From: Cypionkella sp.
GTDB lineage: Bacteria; Pseudomonadota; Alphaproteobacteria; Rhodobacterales; Rhodobacteraceae
Length of the DNA stretch: 64,000 bases
NCBI RefSeq assembly: GCF_030652235.1
Contig: NZ_JAUSBA010000042.1
Location: 1,205 to 65,204 of the forward strand
Direction of reading: 5' to 3'
The notes beneath the pieces are model-generated. The model was given only the letters and a program-made list of their open reading frames with translations. It was not told the DNA's origin and searched no databases. Below are positions 19,119 through 29,097 of this stretch, piece after piece (within the stretch, counting starts at the first letter, position 1; each line of letters starts with the position of its first letter). Both the position numbers and the translations under genes were made by a program.

Positions 19119-19510
19119 ATGAAATTTATTGTCATCTCAGGAAGCCTGCGCGCGAACGCGTCCAACACGGCACTGCTGCGCCGCTGCAAACCGCGGCGGG
19201 GCCCGAACACAGCATTGCGATCTCGGATCACATCTCTAGATCACTGATATTTTCACCCGATCTTAAGCTTCTTGCCCCACCCGCTCCGGTTGACGATTTC
19301 GTCAAAGCCATCTAGGAGGCATATGAAATACTCATCGCAAGCCCTGAATATGTAAGCTCAATTCCGGGCGGGCTGAAAAATGCCGTCGATTGGCTCGGGT
19401 CAAGTGAGACTCTGGTCAGCAAGCCAATCGCACTTTCACATGGGTCGCATCGCAGCGATGACATGCTGGATCAATTGCGGATCGTGCTGGGTGCTGTCAG
19501 CAGCCGTGCT
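19119..19510 (+). pseudogene. Degraded NADPH-dependent FMN reductase (ChrR/SsuE-like)
   Basis: MKFIVISGSLRANASNTALL, then frame disruption and stops, later IASPEY..SIPGGLKNAVDWL..SKPIAL; 3' boundary approximate. Confidence 0.8.
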
Positions 19511-19593
19511 CGGTATCAGGCCTGCCCCGGATAAACCGCGTCCATAACCCCTCAAACATGCCCAGCTTCGACCCGAGCCTCCGCAGACAGACA

Positions 19594-19698
19594 TTGCTGT
19601 TTGCCAAATACTTCCCGCAGAGCGTCCAACATCCTACCCCGACCCAAGCCTGCAAAGCCATTCCCGGCAGCGCGGTTAAGCGCCGCCGCGATTGCGGC
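19594..19698 (+). repeat. ~105-bp intergenic repeat, copy A (direct repeat with 20330-20437)
   Basis: TTGCT.TTTGCCAAATACT.CCCGC.GAGCG ... CCCGGCAGCGCGGT.AAGCGCC shared with copy B. Confidence 0.75.
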
Positions 19699-19727
19699 CA
19701 AGACCGCCCGTCATCCCAAACACCCGC

Positions 19728-20153
19728 TCAGGTCTTTGAGAACCGCAACACCCCCGCCACTCGGTTTCCGCCGCCAGAATCCGCAGGATGCGCCACCCCG
19801 TTCAACACCAAAATCTCAGCAAAATCAAACGGTGACATCCCCGCAATACAGGCCACATTGACACCAAACTGCCCAGGGTCCGACCGGCGCTGATGATGGG
19901 TGTAGATGCCACAGGTCTTGCAGAAATAATGCCGCGCCACCCTCGTGTTGAACTGGTAAAGGTTCAAATTCTCCTCACCGCGCACAAACACAATCTCGCC
20001 AACCTGCGCCGAGACCACAACCGCCCCACGCATCCGGCACAGCGAGCAATCACAGCGGCGCGCGCTGGCCACCCCATCGCTCAGCCGCACCAGAAACTGC
20101 ACCGCCCCGCAATGACAGGCCGCCTCCAACATCCCGCCCGCTTCATCCGTCAT
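19728..20153 (-). CDS. GFA/CENP-V family Zn-binding protein
   Basis: ACHCGAV, CDCSLC, FCKTCG motifs. Confidence 0.88.
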   Translation of the reverse strand: MTDEAGGMLEAACHCGAVQFLVRLSDGVASARRCDCSLCRMRGAVVVSAQVGEIVFVRGEENLNLYQFNTRVARHYFCKTCGIYTHHQRRSDPGQFGVNVACIAGMSPFDFAEILVLNGVAHPADSGGGNRVAGVLRFSKT

Positions 20154-20329
20154 CGCACCAGCCTCCCCTTGCGTCAAAGCAGGCTATCGCCGTTGCGGAG
20201 TATCAGAAATCGAAAATTGCTGCCTCTCGCGATGTGCGACCGCATTTTTTCAATTTTTGTGTTTTTCGCGAAATCCAAAACCGCCCCGTCCGGACACATT
20301 AAAGTCCATTCCCTCAATCTCGCCATGAT

Positions 20330-20437
20330 TTGCTCTTTGCCAAATACTCCCCGCGGAGCGATCCACCATCGAAACCAGGCACCGCGTGGCAAAACCATCG
20401 CCCGGCAGCGCGGTCAAGCGCCCCCTCGATGGGGGCC
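20330..20437 (+). repeat. ~105-bp intergenic repeat, copy B
   Basis: See copy A; both copies end in a GC hairpin. Confidence 0.75.
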
Positions 20438-20549
20438 GAGACCGCACCCGGTTCAGGTCACGCCCAGCAGAGATTAACACCCTGTGAACGACCCAAGGCT
20501 CACCCGTTGAAATCCCACGCCCGCAAACCTGTCCACACGCAAACAGCCC

Positions 20550-21758
20550 TCAAACCCCAGCCCCCGCCGCGACCACCTGCGCCGCTGCCGCCAAGGCCCC
20601 CGGCCCATGCGGGATATCCAAAGCGATCATCCCGGCCTCCATCACCGCCAGCGCGCCCAGGGTCATATGGGCGTTCACATGCCCCATATGAGCCACCCGC
20701 AAAAACCCGTGATAAGCCGGGTCCGAACTCGGGGCCATGCCAAGCCCGATCCCCAAAGTCACCCCGGCGCGATGCTCGCACCATTCCCGCAGCCGCGTCG
20801 CATGTGGTGCGCCAAACCGCGCCGCCGTCACCGACCGCCCGCGATGCACAGCGTCCGCCACATTCAGCCCGATCAAAGGATTGCCCGCCGCCCAGCAGTC
20901 AAACGCCGCCCAAACTGTGCGCGCGAGGCAGTCATGCCGCGCCCAAACCGCAGGCAGCCCCTCCTCGCCGATCATCGTCAACGCCTCGCGCAGCCCATAA
21001 AGATGATGCGTCGGGGCGGTGCCGTTCCACAACTGCCAGAACTCCTCGCCGTCCGCGCGCGGGGTCCAATCCCAATACGGCGTGCGCAAATCCGCGCCCA
21101 AAGTCCGCGCCCGCGCCTTATCGGAAAACCAGATGAACCCCATCCCCGGCGGCGTCATCAGCCCCTTCTGGCTCGCCGCCACCGTGACATCGACCCCCCA
21201 ATCATCCATGCGGTATTCATCACACCCCAGTGATGCGATGCAATCCACCGCCAACAGCGCGCCATGCCCGGCGCTATCCATCACGGCCCGCAGTGCCGCC
21301 ACATCGGTGCGGATCGTGCTCGCCGTATCCACCTGCGTCGTCAGCACCGCCTTGATCCGGCCCGCCTTATCCGCGCGCAGCACCGCCTCCACGCGGCTCA
21401 TATCGACAGGCGCGGATTTGCCGAAATCCAGCACGTCCACATCAATCGCCATCGCGCGCGCCGAATTGGCCCAAGACAGCCCAAATTGCCCGGTCGCCAG
21501 CACCAAAGCCTTCTCGCCGCGCGAGAACATGTTGGCGTTCGCCGCCTCCCAGATCGCATGACCGTTGCCGATATAGGCCGCAACCGAAGCTTTGGTCCCC
21601 GCCAGCGCCTTCAGATCCGGCCAAAGCGAGGCCACCAGATCATACAAAGCCCCCTCATAGATGTTCGGCGCCGCCCGGTGCATCGCCGCAAGCACCCGGT
21701 CGGGCATCACCGAGGGGCCGGGAATGGCAAGGTAAGGACGGCCGTTGGCTAGGGTCAT
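20550..21758 (-). CDS. Class V PLP aminotransferase (serine/alanine-glyoxylate aminotransferase-like)
   Basis: IPGPS, VDTAS, DCIASL, ASQKGLMTPPG, RVAHMG. Confidence 0.88.
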   Translation of the reverse strand: MTLANGRPYLAIPGPSVMPDRVLAAMHRAAPNIYEGALYDLVASLWPDLKALAGTKASVAAYIGNGHAIWEAANANMFSRGEKALVLATGQFGLSWANSARAMAIDVDVLDFGKSAPVDMSRVEAVLRADKAGRIKAVLTTQVDTASTIRTDVAALRAVMDSAGHGALLAVDCIASLGCDEYRMDDWGVDVTVAASQKGLMTPPGMGFIWFSDKARARTLGADLRTPYWDWTPRADGEEFWQLWNGTAPTHHLYGLREALTMIGEEGLPAVWARHDCLARTVWAAFDCWAAGNPLIGLNVADAVHRGRSVTAARFGAPHATRLREWCEHRAGVTLGIGLGMAPSSDPAYHGFLRVAHMGHVNAHMTLGALAVMEAGMIALDIPHGPGALAAAAQVVAAGAGV

Positions 21759-21893
21759 GTCAGGCTCCAAATACAAACCTGACATGGCTATCCGGGCCGA
21801 TATGCCGCGTCAATCGCCGCCGACACCGCCCCGCCCGCGCAGCCGCAGCTAGGCTTGCCCTTACCGCCTGCGCAAGCTAGACCAAATCAGCCA

Positions 21894-21937
21894 TTCGCAA
21901 TCGCCAATCGTTCGCAATCGCCAATCGTTCGCAATCG
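21894..21937 (+). repeat. 17-bp tandem repeat, about 2.6 copies
   Basis: TTCGCAATCGCCAATCG twice plus TTCGCAATCG, ending 3 bp before the GTG at 21941. Confidence 0.85.
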
Positions 21938-21940
21938 AAA

Positions 21941-23701
21941 GTGCCCGTTTTGACCAAAACCAAAACCAGTCAACATGGGCCCAGCCTACTCCGGCGATTT
22001 TGGTCAAGCTATATCCGTCAGCACACATGGGGCATCCTGCTGTGCCTGCTGTTGATGATCATCGAGGGCAGCGCGCTGGGTGGGCTGTCGTACCTTCTAA
22101 AACCGCTGTTCGACGTGGTGTTCACTCCCGGAGGCGAGGCTGCCCTTTACGGGGTCGGCTTTGCGATTTTCGGCCTGTTCGCCACCCGTGCCTTCACTGT
22201 GGTGGTGTCGCGCACGCTGATCTGGTCGATCTCGCAGCGGGTGTCTGCGGCAATGCAATCCGACCTTTTGCGCCATATCCTGACACTGGACGCGCCGTTT
22301 TTCCAAACCAACCCGCCCGGCGTGCTGATTGAACGCGTGCAGGGCGACACAGGGGCGGTGCAGGGCATCTGGAGCGCCTTGGTCACCGGCATTGGCCGCG
22401 ACCTTTTGGGGCTGGCCGCGCTGCTTGCGGTGGCCGTCTCGATTGATCTGCGCTGGACACTGGCGGCGCTGATCGGCGCGCCTTTGCTGATCCTGCCCGC
22501 CGCGATGTTGCAACGCTATGTGCGGCGCAAATCCAATGAGTTGCGCGATCAGGCAGGCCAGCGCGCCACAAGATTGGATGAAATTTTCCACGGCATCAAT
22601 GCGGTCAAACTGAACCGGATGGAAGATTACCAAACCGGGCGCTTCCGCACGGTGCTAAAGTCAATCCGCCGCGCCGAAGTGCGCTCGATCTTCGCGCGCA
22701 GCCTGATGCCGGGGATGATTGATCTGGTCACCGGCCTTGGCTTTTTCGCCGTGCTGCTGATGGCGGGGGATGAAATTTCGTCTGGTCAGCGCACCACCGG
22801 CGATTTCATGTCGTTCTTCACCGCGATGTCGCTGACCTTCCAACCTTTGCGCCGGTTGGGCGAGATGGCGGGCACCTGGCAAGTCGCCTCTGCCAGTCTA
22901 GAGCGGATCTACGCGCTGTTCGATGCCCGCCCCGCCTATCCGCGCCCGGAAGTCAGCCTTGCGCTGCCCGCCGCCGGCGCACCAGAAATCCGGTTTGAGG
23001 ATGTCAGCTTCGCGCATGGCGACCAACCCGTGCTGCGCGGGCTGACCTTCACGGCTGAGGCAGGCAAGACCACAGCGCTGGTCGGGTCCTCTGGTGCAGG
23101 CAAAAGCACGGTGTTCCACCTGCTGACCGGCCTTTTGGAGCCCGCCAGTGGCGTGATTCATATCGGAGGTGTCGCCGCCTCTGGCCTCGCTTTGGCCGAT
23201 CAACGCGCGCTGTTTGCCACCGTCACGCAAGACTCGTCCCTGTTTGACGAAACCCTCGCCGAGAACATCGCCTTGGGCCGCAACGTGGCACCGGATGCGC
23301 TGGAGGCCGCCCTGCGCGCAGCCCATGTTGCAGATTTCCTGTCGGCTTTGGCGCGCGGCGTCGATACCCCGGTCGGTCCGCGCGGCTCTGCCCTGTCGGG
23401 CGGCCAGCGCCAACGCGTGGCGATTGCGCGGGCTTTGGTGCAGGACGCGCCCGTGCTGCTGCTGGATGAGGCCACCTCGGCCTTGGACGCGCAATCCGAA
23501 TCCATCGTGGCCGAAGCCCTCGCGCTCGGCAGCCAAGGCCGCACCACTTTGGTGATCGCGCACCGATTGGCCACTGTGCGCAATGCCGACAAAATCGTGG
23601 TGATGGACCATGGCAGGGTTGCGGAAACCGGCACACATGACCAACTTCTGGCACAGGGCGGGCTTTATGCCGGGCTCTACCGCTTGCAATTCAAGGACTA
23701 A
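21941..23701 (+). CDS. MsbA-like ABC exporter (TMD plus NBD)
   Basis: Six-TM N-half; GSSGAGKS, LSGGQRQR, LLLDEATSALD, IAHRL. Confidence 0.88.
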   Translation: MPVLTKTKTSQHGPSLLRRFWSSYIRQHTWGILLCLLLMIIEGSALGGLSYLLKPLFDVVFTPGGEAALYGVGFAIFGLFATRAFTVVVSRTLIWSISQRVSAAMQSDLLRHILTLDAPFFQTNPPGVLIERVQGDTGAVQGIWSALVTGIGRDLLGLAALLAVAVSIDLRWTLAALIGAPLLILPAAMLQRYVRRKSNELRDQAGQRATRLDEIFHGINAVKLNRMEDYQTGRFRTVLKSIRRAEVRSIFARSLMPGMIDLVTGLGFFAVLLMAGDEISSGQRTTGDFMSFFTAMSLTFQPLRRLGEMAGTWQVASASLERIYALFDARPAYPRPEVSLALPAAGAPEIRFEDVSFAHGDQPVLRGLTFTAEAGKTTALVGSSGAGKSTVFHLLTGLLEPASGVIHIGGVAASGLALADQRALFATVTQDSSLFDETLAENIALGRNVAPDALEAALRAAHVADFLSALARGVDTPVGPRGSALSGGQRQRVAIARALVQDAPVLLLDEATSALDAQSESIVAEALALGSQGRTTLVIAHRLATVRNADKIVVMDHGRVAETGTHDQLLAQGGLYAGLYRLQFKD

Positions 23702-23704
23702 ATC

Positions 23705-24469
23705 ATGCCCAGACAAACAAGCGGGGGCGAAACCGCCGCTGACCGCCGCGTCTATACCATCACCGGAGCGGATCGGCTAAGCTTCCTGCAAGGCATGGTC
23801 AGCAATGATGTGCTGGCCTTGGCGCGCGGCGATGGCATGGTTTGGGCGGCGCTGTTGACGCCGCAAGGCAAGTACCTCGCCGATTTCCTGCTGGTGGCGC
23901 AAGGCGACCGCCTGCTGTTGGACATCAAAGCCAGCAGTGCAGACGCCACAATCCGCCGTCTTTCGATGTACCGCCTGCGCGCCGATGTGCAATTTGCCGC
24001 CACCGACCTAAATGTGACGCGCGGCTTGGGCGATGCCCCAGCGGATGCCCTCCCCGACCCGCGCCACCCCGCCCTCGGCTGGCGCGCTTACGGCCCCTCA
24101 GGCACCGGCCCCAGCATCGACTGGGATGCCATCCGCGTGACCCATTGCATCCCCGAAACTGGCATCGAGTTGATCCCGGATGACAGCTACCTGCTCGAAT
24201 CCGGTTTTGAACGGCTGCACGGCGTCGATTTCCGCAAGGGCTGCTATGTCGGTCAAGAAGTCACCGCCCGGATGAAACACAAGACTGAGTTGAAAAAGGG
24301 CCTGATCACCGTCAGCATCGCAGGCGAGGCCCCCCCCGGCACGCCAATCGTGCAAGACGACAAACCCGCAGGCACCCTGTTCACGCAAAGCCAGGGCCGT
24401 GCCATCGCCTATCTGCGCTTTGATCGCGTCGATAACCTCACCGCAGGCAGCGCCAAAATCTCACTGTAA
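23705..24469 (+). CDS. ygfZ: YgfZ/GcvT-like folate-binding protein
   Basis: KGCYVGQE signature, LLTPQGK. Confidence 0.92.
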   Translation: MPRQTSGGETAADRRVYTITGADRLSFLQGMVSNDVLALARGDGMVWAALLTPQGKYLADFLLVAQGDRLLLDIKASSADATIRRLSMYRLRADVQFAATDLNVTRGLGDAPADALPDPRHPALGWRAYGPSGTGPSIDWDAIRVTHCIPETGIELIPDDSYLLESGFERLHGVDFRKGCYVGQEVTARMKHKTELKKGLITVSIAGEAPPGTPIVQDDKPAGTLFTQSQGRAIAYLRFDRVDNLTAGSAKISL

Positions 24470-24486
24470 AAGCTCTGCGCTGAAGG

Positions 24487-24520
24487 TCATCCTCTCTGCC
24501 CAAATATCCCCGCCTCAGGC
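24487..24520 (+). repeat. REP-like dispersed repeat copy
   Basis: TCATCCTCTCTGCCCAAATATCCCCGCCTCAGGC, similar to copies at 34604, 42122 and 43687-43756. Confidence 0.55.
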
Positions 24521-24547
24521 ATCCGCCGCCTCAGGCCGCGCAACAGA

Positions 24548-25363
24548 TCAATCTTCCAAAGCCACATAATCCCGCGCCACCCGGCTCCAAGTCGCTTCCG
24601 AATTGGCCACCACCAACACCCCAGCCCGCCGCGCCAGATCATACGCGCCGCCATCCAGAAACCGCGCCACGCCGCCCGCCGCCTGCACCGCCAGCACGCC
24701 GGCCGCATGGTCCCACGGATGCGGCTGCGGCCCCGAGATCACGAATTCCACATGCCCCTGCGCCATCAGCCGATATTCATGGCACGAGCAGCGCAAACTG
24801 GTCACGCGGCCATAAGACAACCCCGCCAGCACCGCCGCCCGCTTTCGATCCGCCGCAAACAGCCCCACCGGAATGAAGCCACACATCTGCGCCGGATCGC
24901 TGACCCCAGACACCGCCAACACCTGCGCCCGCCCATTCGCCTGTACGAACCGCGCAGGCCCGCCCGCGCTCACCTCAACCCAGTCATCCAGTAAAGGATC
25001 ATACAGCAGCCCATATTGCGTCACCCCATCCTGCACCGCCACCGCGATCATGCCAAAGGTCGAGATGCCCTTGGCGAAATTCCAAGTGCCATCGACAGGA
25101 TCGACGATCACCTGCCACCCCGCACCCGCCATCGCAGCGCGAAGGCGTGGATCTGCCGCAACAGCTTCTTCGCCCAGCACCCGCGCCTCTGGCCAAGTTT
25201 CTGCCAAAATCGCCCCAATCAAAGCCTCGGCTTCGGTATCCGCCACCGTCACCAGATCGGCAAAATCGGTTTTCTGCGAAATCTGATCCGCGCCCAAGGC
25301 CCGAAATCGCGGCGCCACTGCCGCCTTGCCCGCCGCCCGCAGCGCTTGCAAAATCACGTCCAT
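24548..25363 (-). CDS. Inositol monophosphatase family protein
   Basis: DLVTVAD, VLGEE, DPVDGTWNF, WDHAAG. Confidence 0.88.
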   Translation of the reverse strand: MDVILQALRAAGKAAVAPRFRALGADQISQKTDFADLVTVADTEAEALIGAILAETWPEARVLGEEAVAADPRLRAAMAGAGWQVIVDPVDGTWNFAKGISTFGMIAVAVQDGVTQYGLLYDPLLDDWVEVSAGGPARFVQANGRAQVLAVSGVSDPAQMCGFIPVGLFAADRKRAAVLAGLSYGRVTSLRCSCHEYRLMAQGHVEFVISGPQPHPWDHAAGVLAVQAAGGVARFLDGGAYDLARRAGVLVVANSEATWSRVARDYVALED

Positions 25364-25433
25364 CACAAACCTCCAAACAAAAGGCCGCCCCAAAAGGACG
25401 GCCCCAAATCCTTCACCAAGCAATCGCCAAAGC

Positions 25434-25997
25434 TTACGCCCTCTCAGAATATTCCATCAATTCGGTATGCACGATGATATCTTCGTCCGGCCCGATAAAT
25501 GGCGGGATCATGATCCGCACGCCGTTGTCCAAGATCGCAGGCTTAAAGCTGCTCGTCGCCGTCTGGCCCTTTTGCACAGGCTCGGTATCGACCACCTTGC
25601 AACGCACTTTTTGCGGCAGGCTGACGTTCAGCGGCTCTTCGCCGTAATAGTTCACCGTCGCCATCATGCCATCTTGCAAGAAGGGGCGACGGTCGCCCAG
25701 CAATTCGGCATCAATTTCAACTTGCTCGTAGGTCTCAGAGTCCATGAACACCAAACGCCCATCGGTCTCATACAAAAACTGCTGGTCCTTGTTTTCCAAC
25801 TCGACCCTTTCGACCTTGTCTTCCGAGCGGAACCGCTCGTTCAACTTGCGGCCATCGCGCAGATTTTTCAACTCTACCTGAGCGAAAGCGCCGCCTTTGC
25901 CGGGTTTGACATGGTTGACCTTGACCGCAGCCCAAAGCCCGCCGTCATGTTCCATGATGAAGCCCGGTTTGATTTCGTTTCCGTTGATCTTCGGCAT
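25434..25997 (-). CDS. efp: Elongation factor P
   Basis: [21 protein letters not shown]. Confidence 0.95.
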   Translation of the reverse strand: MPKINGNEIKPGFIMEHDGGLWAAVKVNHVKPGKGGAFAQVELKNLRDGRKLNERFRSEDKVERVELENKDQQFLYETDGRLVFMDSETYEQVEIDAELLGDRRPFLQDGMMATVNYYGEEPLNVSLPQKVRCKVVDTEPVQKGQTATSSFKPAILDNGVRIMIPPFIGPDEDIIVHTELMEYSERA

Positions 25998-26212
25998 TTG
26001 TGGTAAAACCTTGTCAAAAGGTTGAAGTTAAACAAGCGCCCCCTATATAACGTGTTACGTTTGCAAGCAAGACGACTAGATACGGTAGACACACTCGCAA
26101 GCCATGCGCCATGCGCATGACAGATATGCGAAAGATAAACCCCCGAATCGTTATCAAAACGTTACAAGCACGAAGTTACGGAAATACAAGAGCAAGAAAA
26201 AAGGAACATGTG

Positions 26213-26539
26213 ATGTTGGGTACGGTTGACAGCACAGCCTTCAACTTTGAACAAGGCCAGCGGGCGCGCAAGCTTTTTGCGGCGGTGGTTTTGGCTGCTT
26301 TGGATGATGCCATTGCAGATGACAAGAAATACGGCAACGGCCCCGATCAAATCGCCCGTTGGGCACGCTCGCGCGATGGTCGTGAAGTGTTGTCCTGCGC
26401 CGGGATCGACCCGAATGAACGCGTGGTCAAGGGGCTGATGGAATTCGTGTCAAAAGGCGTGCGCACTTCGGTGGCACTGTCGCGCGAAGAATCCGAGCGC
26501 CGTCATGCGCTGGAGTTGGAGCATGCAGAAGCGGCATAA
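26213..26539 (+). CDS. Conserved Rhodobacteraceae protein (DUF6280-like)
   Basis: EQGQRARKLFAAVVLAALDDAIADDKKYGNG...SCAGIDPNERVV recognised from memory; start chosen at ATG 26213. Confidence 0.7.
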   Translation: MLGTVDSTAFNFEQGQRARKLFAAVVLAALDDAIADDKKYGNGPDQIARWARSRDGREVLSCAGIDPNERVVKGLMEFVSKGVRTSVALSREESERRHALELEHAEAA

Positions 26540-26561
26540 GCTGTCTCTGCATTAAGAATAG

Positions 26562-26587
26562 AAAAACGCGCCTTGTGGCGCGTTTTT
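26562..26587. terminator. Bidirectional intrinsic terminator
   Basis: AAAAACGCGCC-TTGT-GGCGCGTTTTT between convergent genes. Confidence 0.85.
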
Positions 26588-26636
26588 TATTTGGGATCAT
26601 TGGGTTACAGTCAGCCCCCGCCTGCGCCACCTGAAT

Positions 26637-27437
26637 CTATTCAAACTCTTGCGCGGCCAGCGCCCGCGCGATTTCGGCCCGCACCAGCTTGCGAATATTC
26701 CGGGTGATCCGCTCGCCCATTTTGCCCGCAAGTTCTTCGCGCAGCATGTCGCGCACCAACTCACGCAGTACATCTTCATCAAACCGCATTGCCTGATCGA
26801 ACGCTTCGTCGTCGTCCGCCGCATCCGGCTTCGCAAGTGCCGCCAGCACGCTGGCTTCGGCGGCATCGGCCCAGACTGGGTCTGGCTCTACCGTGCCACG
26901 CAGCGGCGCGGTGGTGGCTTCAGCCTCATCGTCTTGCGCGATCTCATCCTCTTGCGCCCAAGCCGGAGTTTGCGCCGGGGCAGCCGCCTCGGCCGCGTGA
27001 TACTCAAAGGGATCATGCGGCTCCAAGTCGTCCTCATTCGACGCCAGCGGCTCATCCACCAACACGTCATCAGCAGGCAGCGACCATGGATTGACCAAAC
27101 CCATATCCGGCTGGGGTGCACAATCGCCGGTTTCGGCTTCCCAATCATCCGGGCTTGCGTCGACCGCAGCCCCTACGCTGGCAACGACGTCGCCCAAACC
27201 ACTGCGCGGCGCATCCATCAGATTTGTGCGCGGCACCGCCACGAACATCGGCAGCGGGGCTGCCAAAGGCTCTGGCACCTCAGCCTCGGTCTGCACCACC
27301 CGCAACGCCGGGGTCAGGATCAGTTTATCTCCCGCAGCCGCCGCCAGCTTTGGGGTGGGCCGCATGTCATCCGACACCAGCCTGCGGATAGAGGACAGCA
27401 CATCCTCAATTTCGGTCGAACTCAACGGCTCTGACAT
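26637..27437 (-). CDS. PopZ-like acidic disordered scaffold protein
   Basis: N-terminal EIEDVLSSIRRLVS, P/E/D/A-rich middle, C-terminal helices ending RKLVRAEIARAL; directly downstream of pcm-tolC. Confidence 0.6.
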   Translation of the reverse strand: MSEPLSSTEIEDVLSSIRRLVSDDMRPTPKLAAAAGDKLILTPALRVVQTEAEVPEPLAAPLPMFVAVPRTNLMDAPRSGLGDVVASVGAAVDASPDDWEAETGDCAPQPDMGLVNPWSLPADDVLVDEPLASNEDDLEPHDPFEYHAAEAAAPAQTPAWAQEDEIAQDDEAEATTAPLRGTVEPDPVWADAAEASVLAALAKPDAADDDEAFDQAMRFDEDVLRELVRDMLREELAGKMGERITRNIRKLVRAEIARALAAQEFE

Positions 27438-27563
27438 CAACGGCGCCCTACGCATTTCAAACCCAGTTATTCATCGTCAGTCTAGCGACAGAAGCCACGC
27501 CTGACAAGGAATTGGCGCATTACCGAGAACGATCAAGCGGATAGACTGCTGACGAGTTTAACG

Positions 27564-27598
27564 AAAACGGCCCCCGCACCGCATCCGGGCAGGGGCCG
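27564..27598 (-). terminator. Intrinsic terminator after tolC
   Basis: CGGCCCC...GGGGCCG stem followed by TTTT on the minus strand. Confidence 0.6.
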
Positions 27599-27626
27599 CT
27601 GACACCTTAAGCAAATCTGAAACGGC

Positions 27627-29024
27627 TCAGTTGCCGATTTTCTCTAGGATCTTGTCCAGCCGCTTGCCGCGCGTCGAAGTCAGCGGGGCTTTCTTGATGG
27701 CGGTGTAATAAGCTTCTGGATCATAAGTGGTGATGCCAAGGTTCAACTGCTCCGCCGTCAACTGCCCCATGGTGGACAGCAGTTGATAAACGCCCACATA
27801 GCGGCTGGCTTCCGATTGCAGCTTGTCGGCGCGCGCGCTCAGCAGTTCCTGTTCGGCGTCCAGCACGTCCAAAGTGGTGCGCGCGCCCAACGTGGCTTCC
27901 TCGCGCACGCCGTCAAATGCCTTTTGTGCCGCCGTCACTTGCAAGCCCCCGGCTTGGATCGAGGCCTGCTGCACGATCACGTTCGACCAGGCATTGCCAA
28001 CGGCTTCCGACACTTCGACCACCGCCTGCAACTGCGCCGCCGCCGAAGATTCTTTGCCCGCCAAGGCTCGCCGATACAAAGCCGAGCGTTCGCCGCCCTG
28101 ATAGAGTGTATCGCTGAACTTCACCCCGGCCACGGCATTGCCCGAGCCCGACAGCCAATCCTCGCTGACCATCAAAGAGCTGCTGACCGTCGGCAGGAAA
28201 GCGGCTTCGGCGATTTTGACCCGAATGTCTGAAATCTTCACCTCATGCCCGGCCTGTTTGATCACCGGATGGTTGCGCACCGCAATCGCGCGCGCGGCTT
28301 CTTCGGATTTTGCGGCAACCGGCAGCTTCGGCAGGCCCGCCAGCTTGCCGGGATAATGGCCAATCGTCGCTTTATAGCGTTCCCGCGCGGCTTCCAGCGC
28401 CCCTTGCGCCGCAGCCAGACCCGATTGCGCCGCAGCCTGCCGCGCTTCGGCCAAAGACACATCGGTCAGCGTCACTTCGCCAACATCAAAACGATCTTTT
28501 GCCGCCTGCAATTCCTGGCTGATCAGCCGCACGTTGGATTCGCGCAAAGCCACAGTCTCGATCTGCAAACGCACATCCACATAGGCTGAAACCGCCGACA
28601 GCAACACTTGCTGCTCGACATTCACCAAAGCCTCCCGCGTCGACAGCACACTTTCCCGCGCCACATCGATGGCCATCTTGCCACGCCCGCCCGCATAGAT
28701 CAGAAACGTCGCGCTCAGTTGTGCCGAGGCATCGGCGGATTCAGCATAGGCTGGAAGGCTTTGCCCCAAAGTACTGCGAAATGGCAAGTCATTGTCCTGC
28801 TTGGTCCATGTCGCCTGCGTGGCAAAACTGATCACAGGGCGCAGTTGCGCCAAAGCCACCGCGGCATCTTCATCCGCCGCCCGTAACACAGCCTGATTTC
28901 TATCCAGCAGATGCGATGTCTTGTAGGCAGAGATCAGCGCATCCGCCAAAGTCTCTGACTCCGCGGCGGGGGCCGCCACCATCGCCGCCGTCACCGCCAC
29001 TGCTGCCCAAAACTTCTGCATCAC
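27627..29024 (-). CDS. tolC: TolC family outer membrane protein
   Basis: Signal peptide; RFDVGEVTLTDV and GARTTLDVLDAEQEL motifs. Confidence 0.9.
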   Translation of the reverse strand: MMQKFWAAVAVTAAMVAAPAAESETLADALISAYKTSHLLDRNQAVLRAADEDAAVALAQLRPVISFATQATWTKQDNDLPFRSTLGQSLPAYAESADASAQLSATFLIYAGGRGKMAIDVARESVLSTREALVNVEQQVLLSAVSAYVDVRLQIETVALRESNVRLISQELQAAKDRFDVGEVTLTDVSLAEARQAAAQSGLAAAQGALEAARERYKATIGHYPGKLAGLPKLPVAAKSEEAARAIAVRNHPVIKQAGHEVKISDIRVKIAEAAFLPTVSSSLMVSEDWLSGSGNAVAGVKFSDTLYQGGERSALYRRALAGKESSAAAQLQAVVEVSEAVGNAWSNVIVQQASIQAGGLQVTAAQKAFDGVREEATLGARTTLDVLDAEQELLSARADKLQSEASRYVGVYQLLSTMGQLTAEQLNLGITTYDPEAYYTAIKKAPLTSTRGKRLDKILEKIGN

Positions 29025-29097
29025 GACCTCATATGTAGCTGCGCGTTTTGCGCTTGTTGTCAGCGGCCAGACCCGGTCCAGCCGCCACGTCTATTGT

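Noticed and set aside
20174-20398. Short minus-strand ORF (MARLREWTLMCPDG...) upstream of the GFA gene
   Set aside because: Lies in AT-rich promoter-like DNA, overlaps repeat copy B, has a weak RBS and no recognisable family
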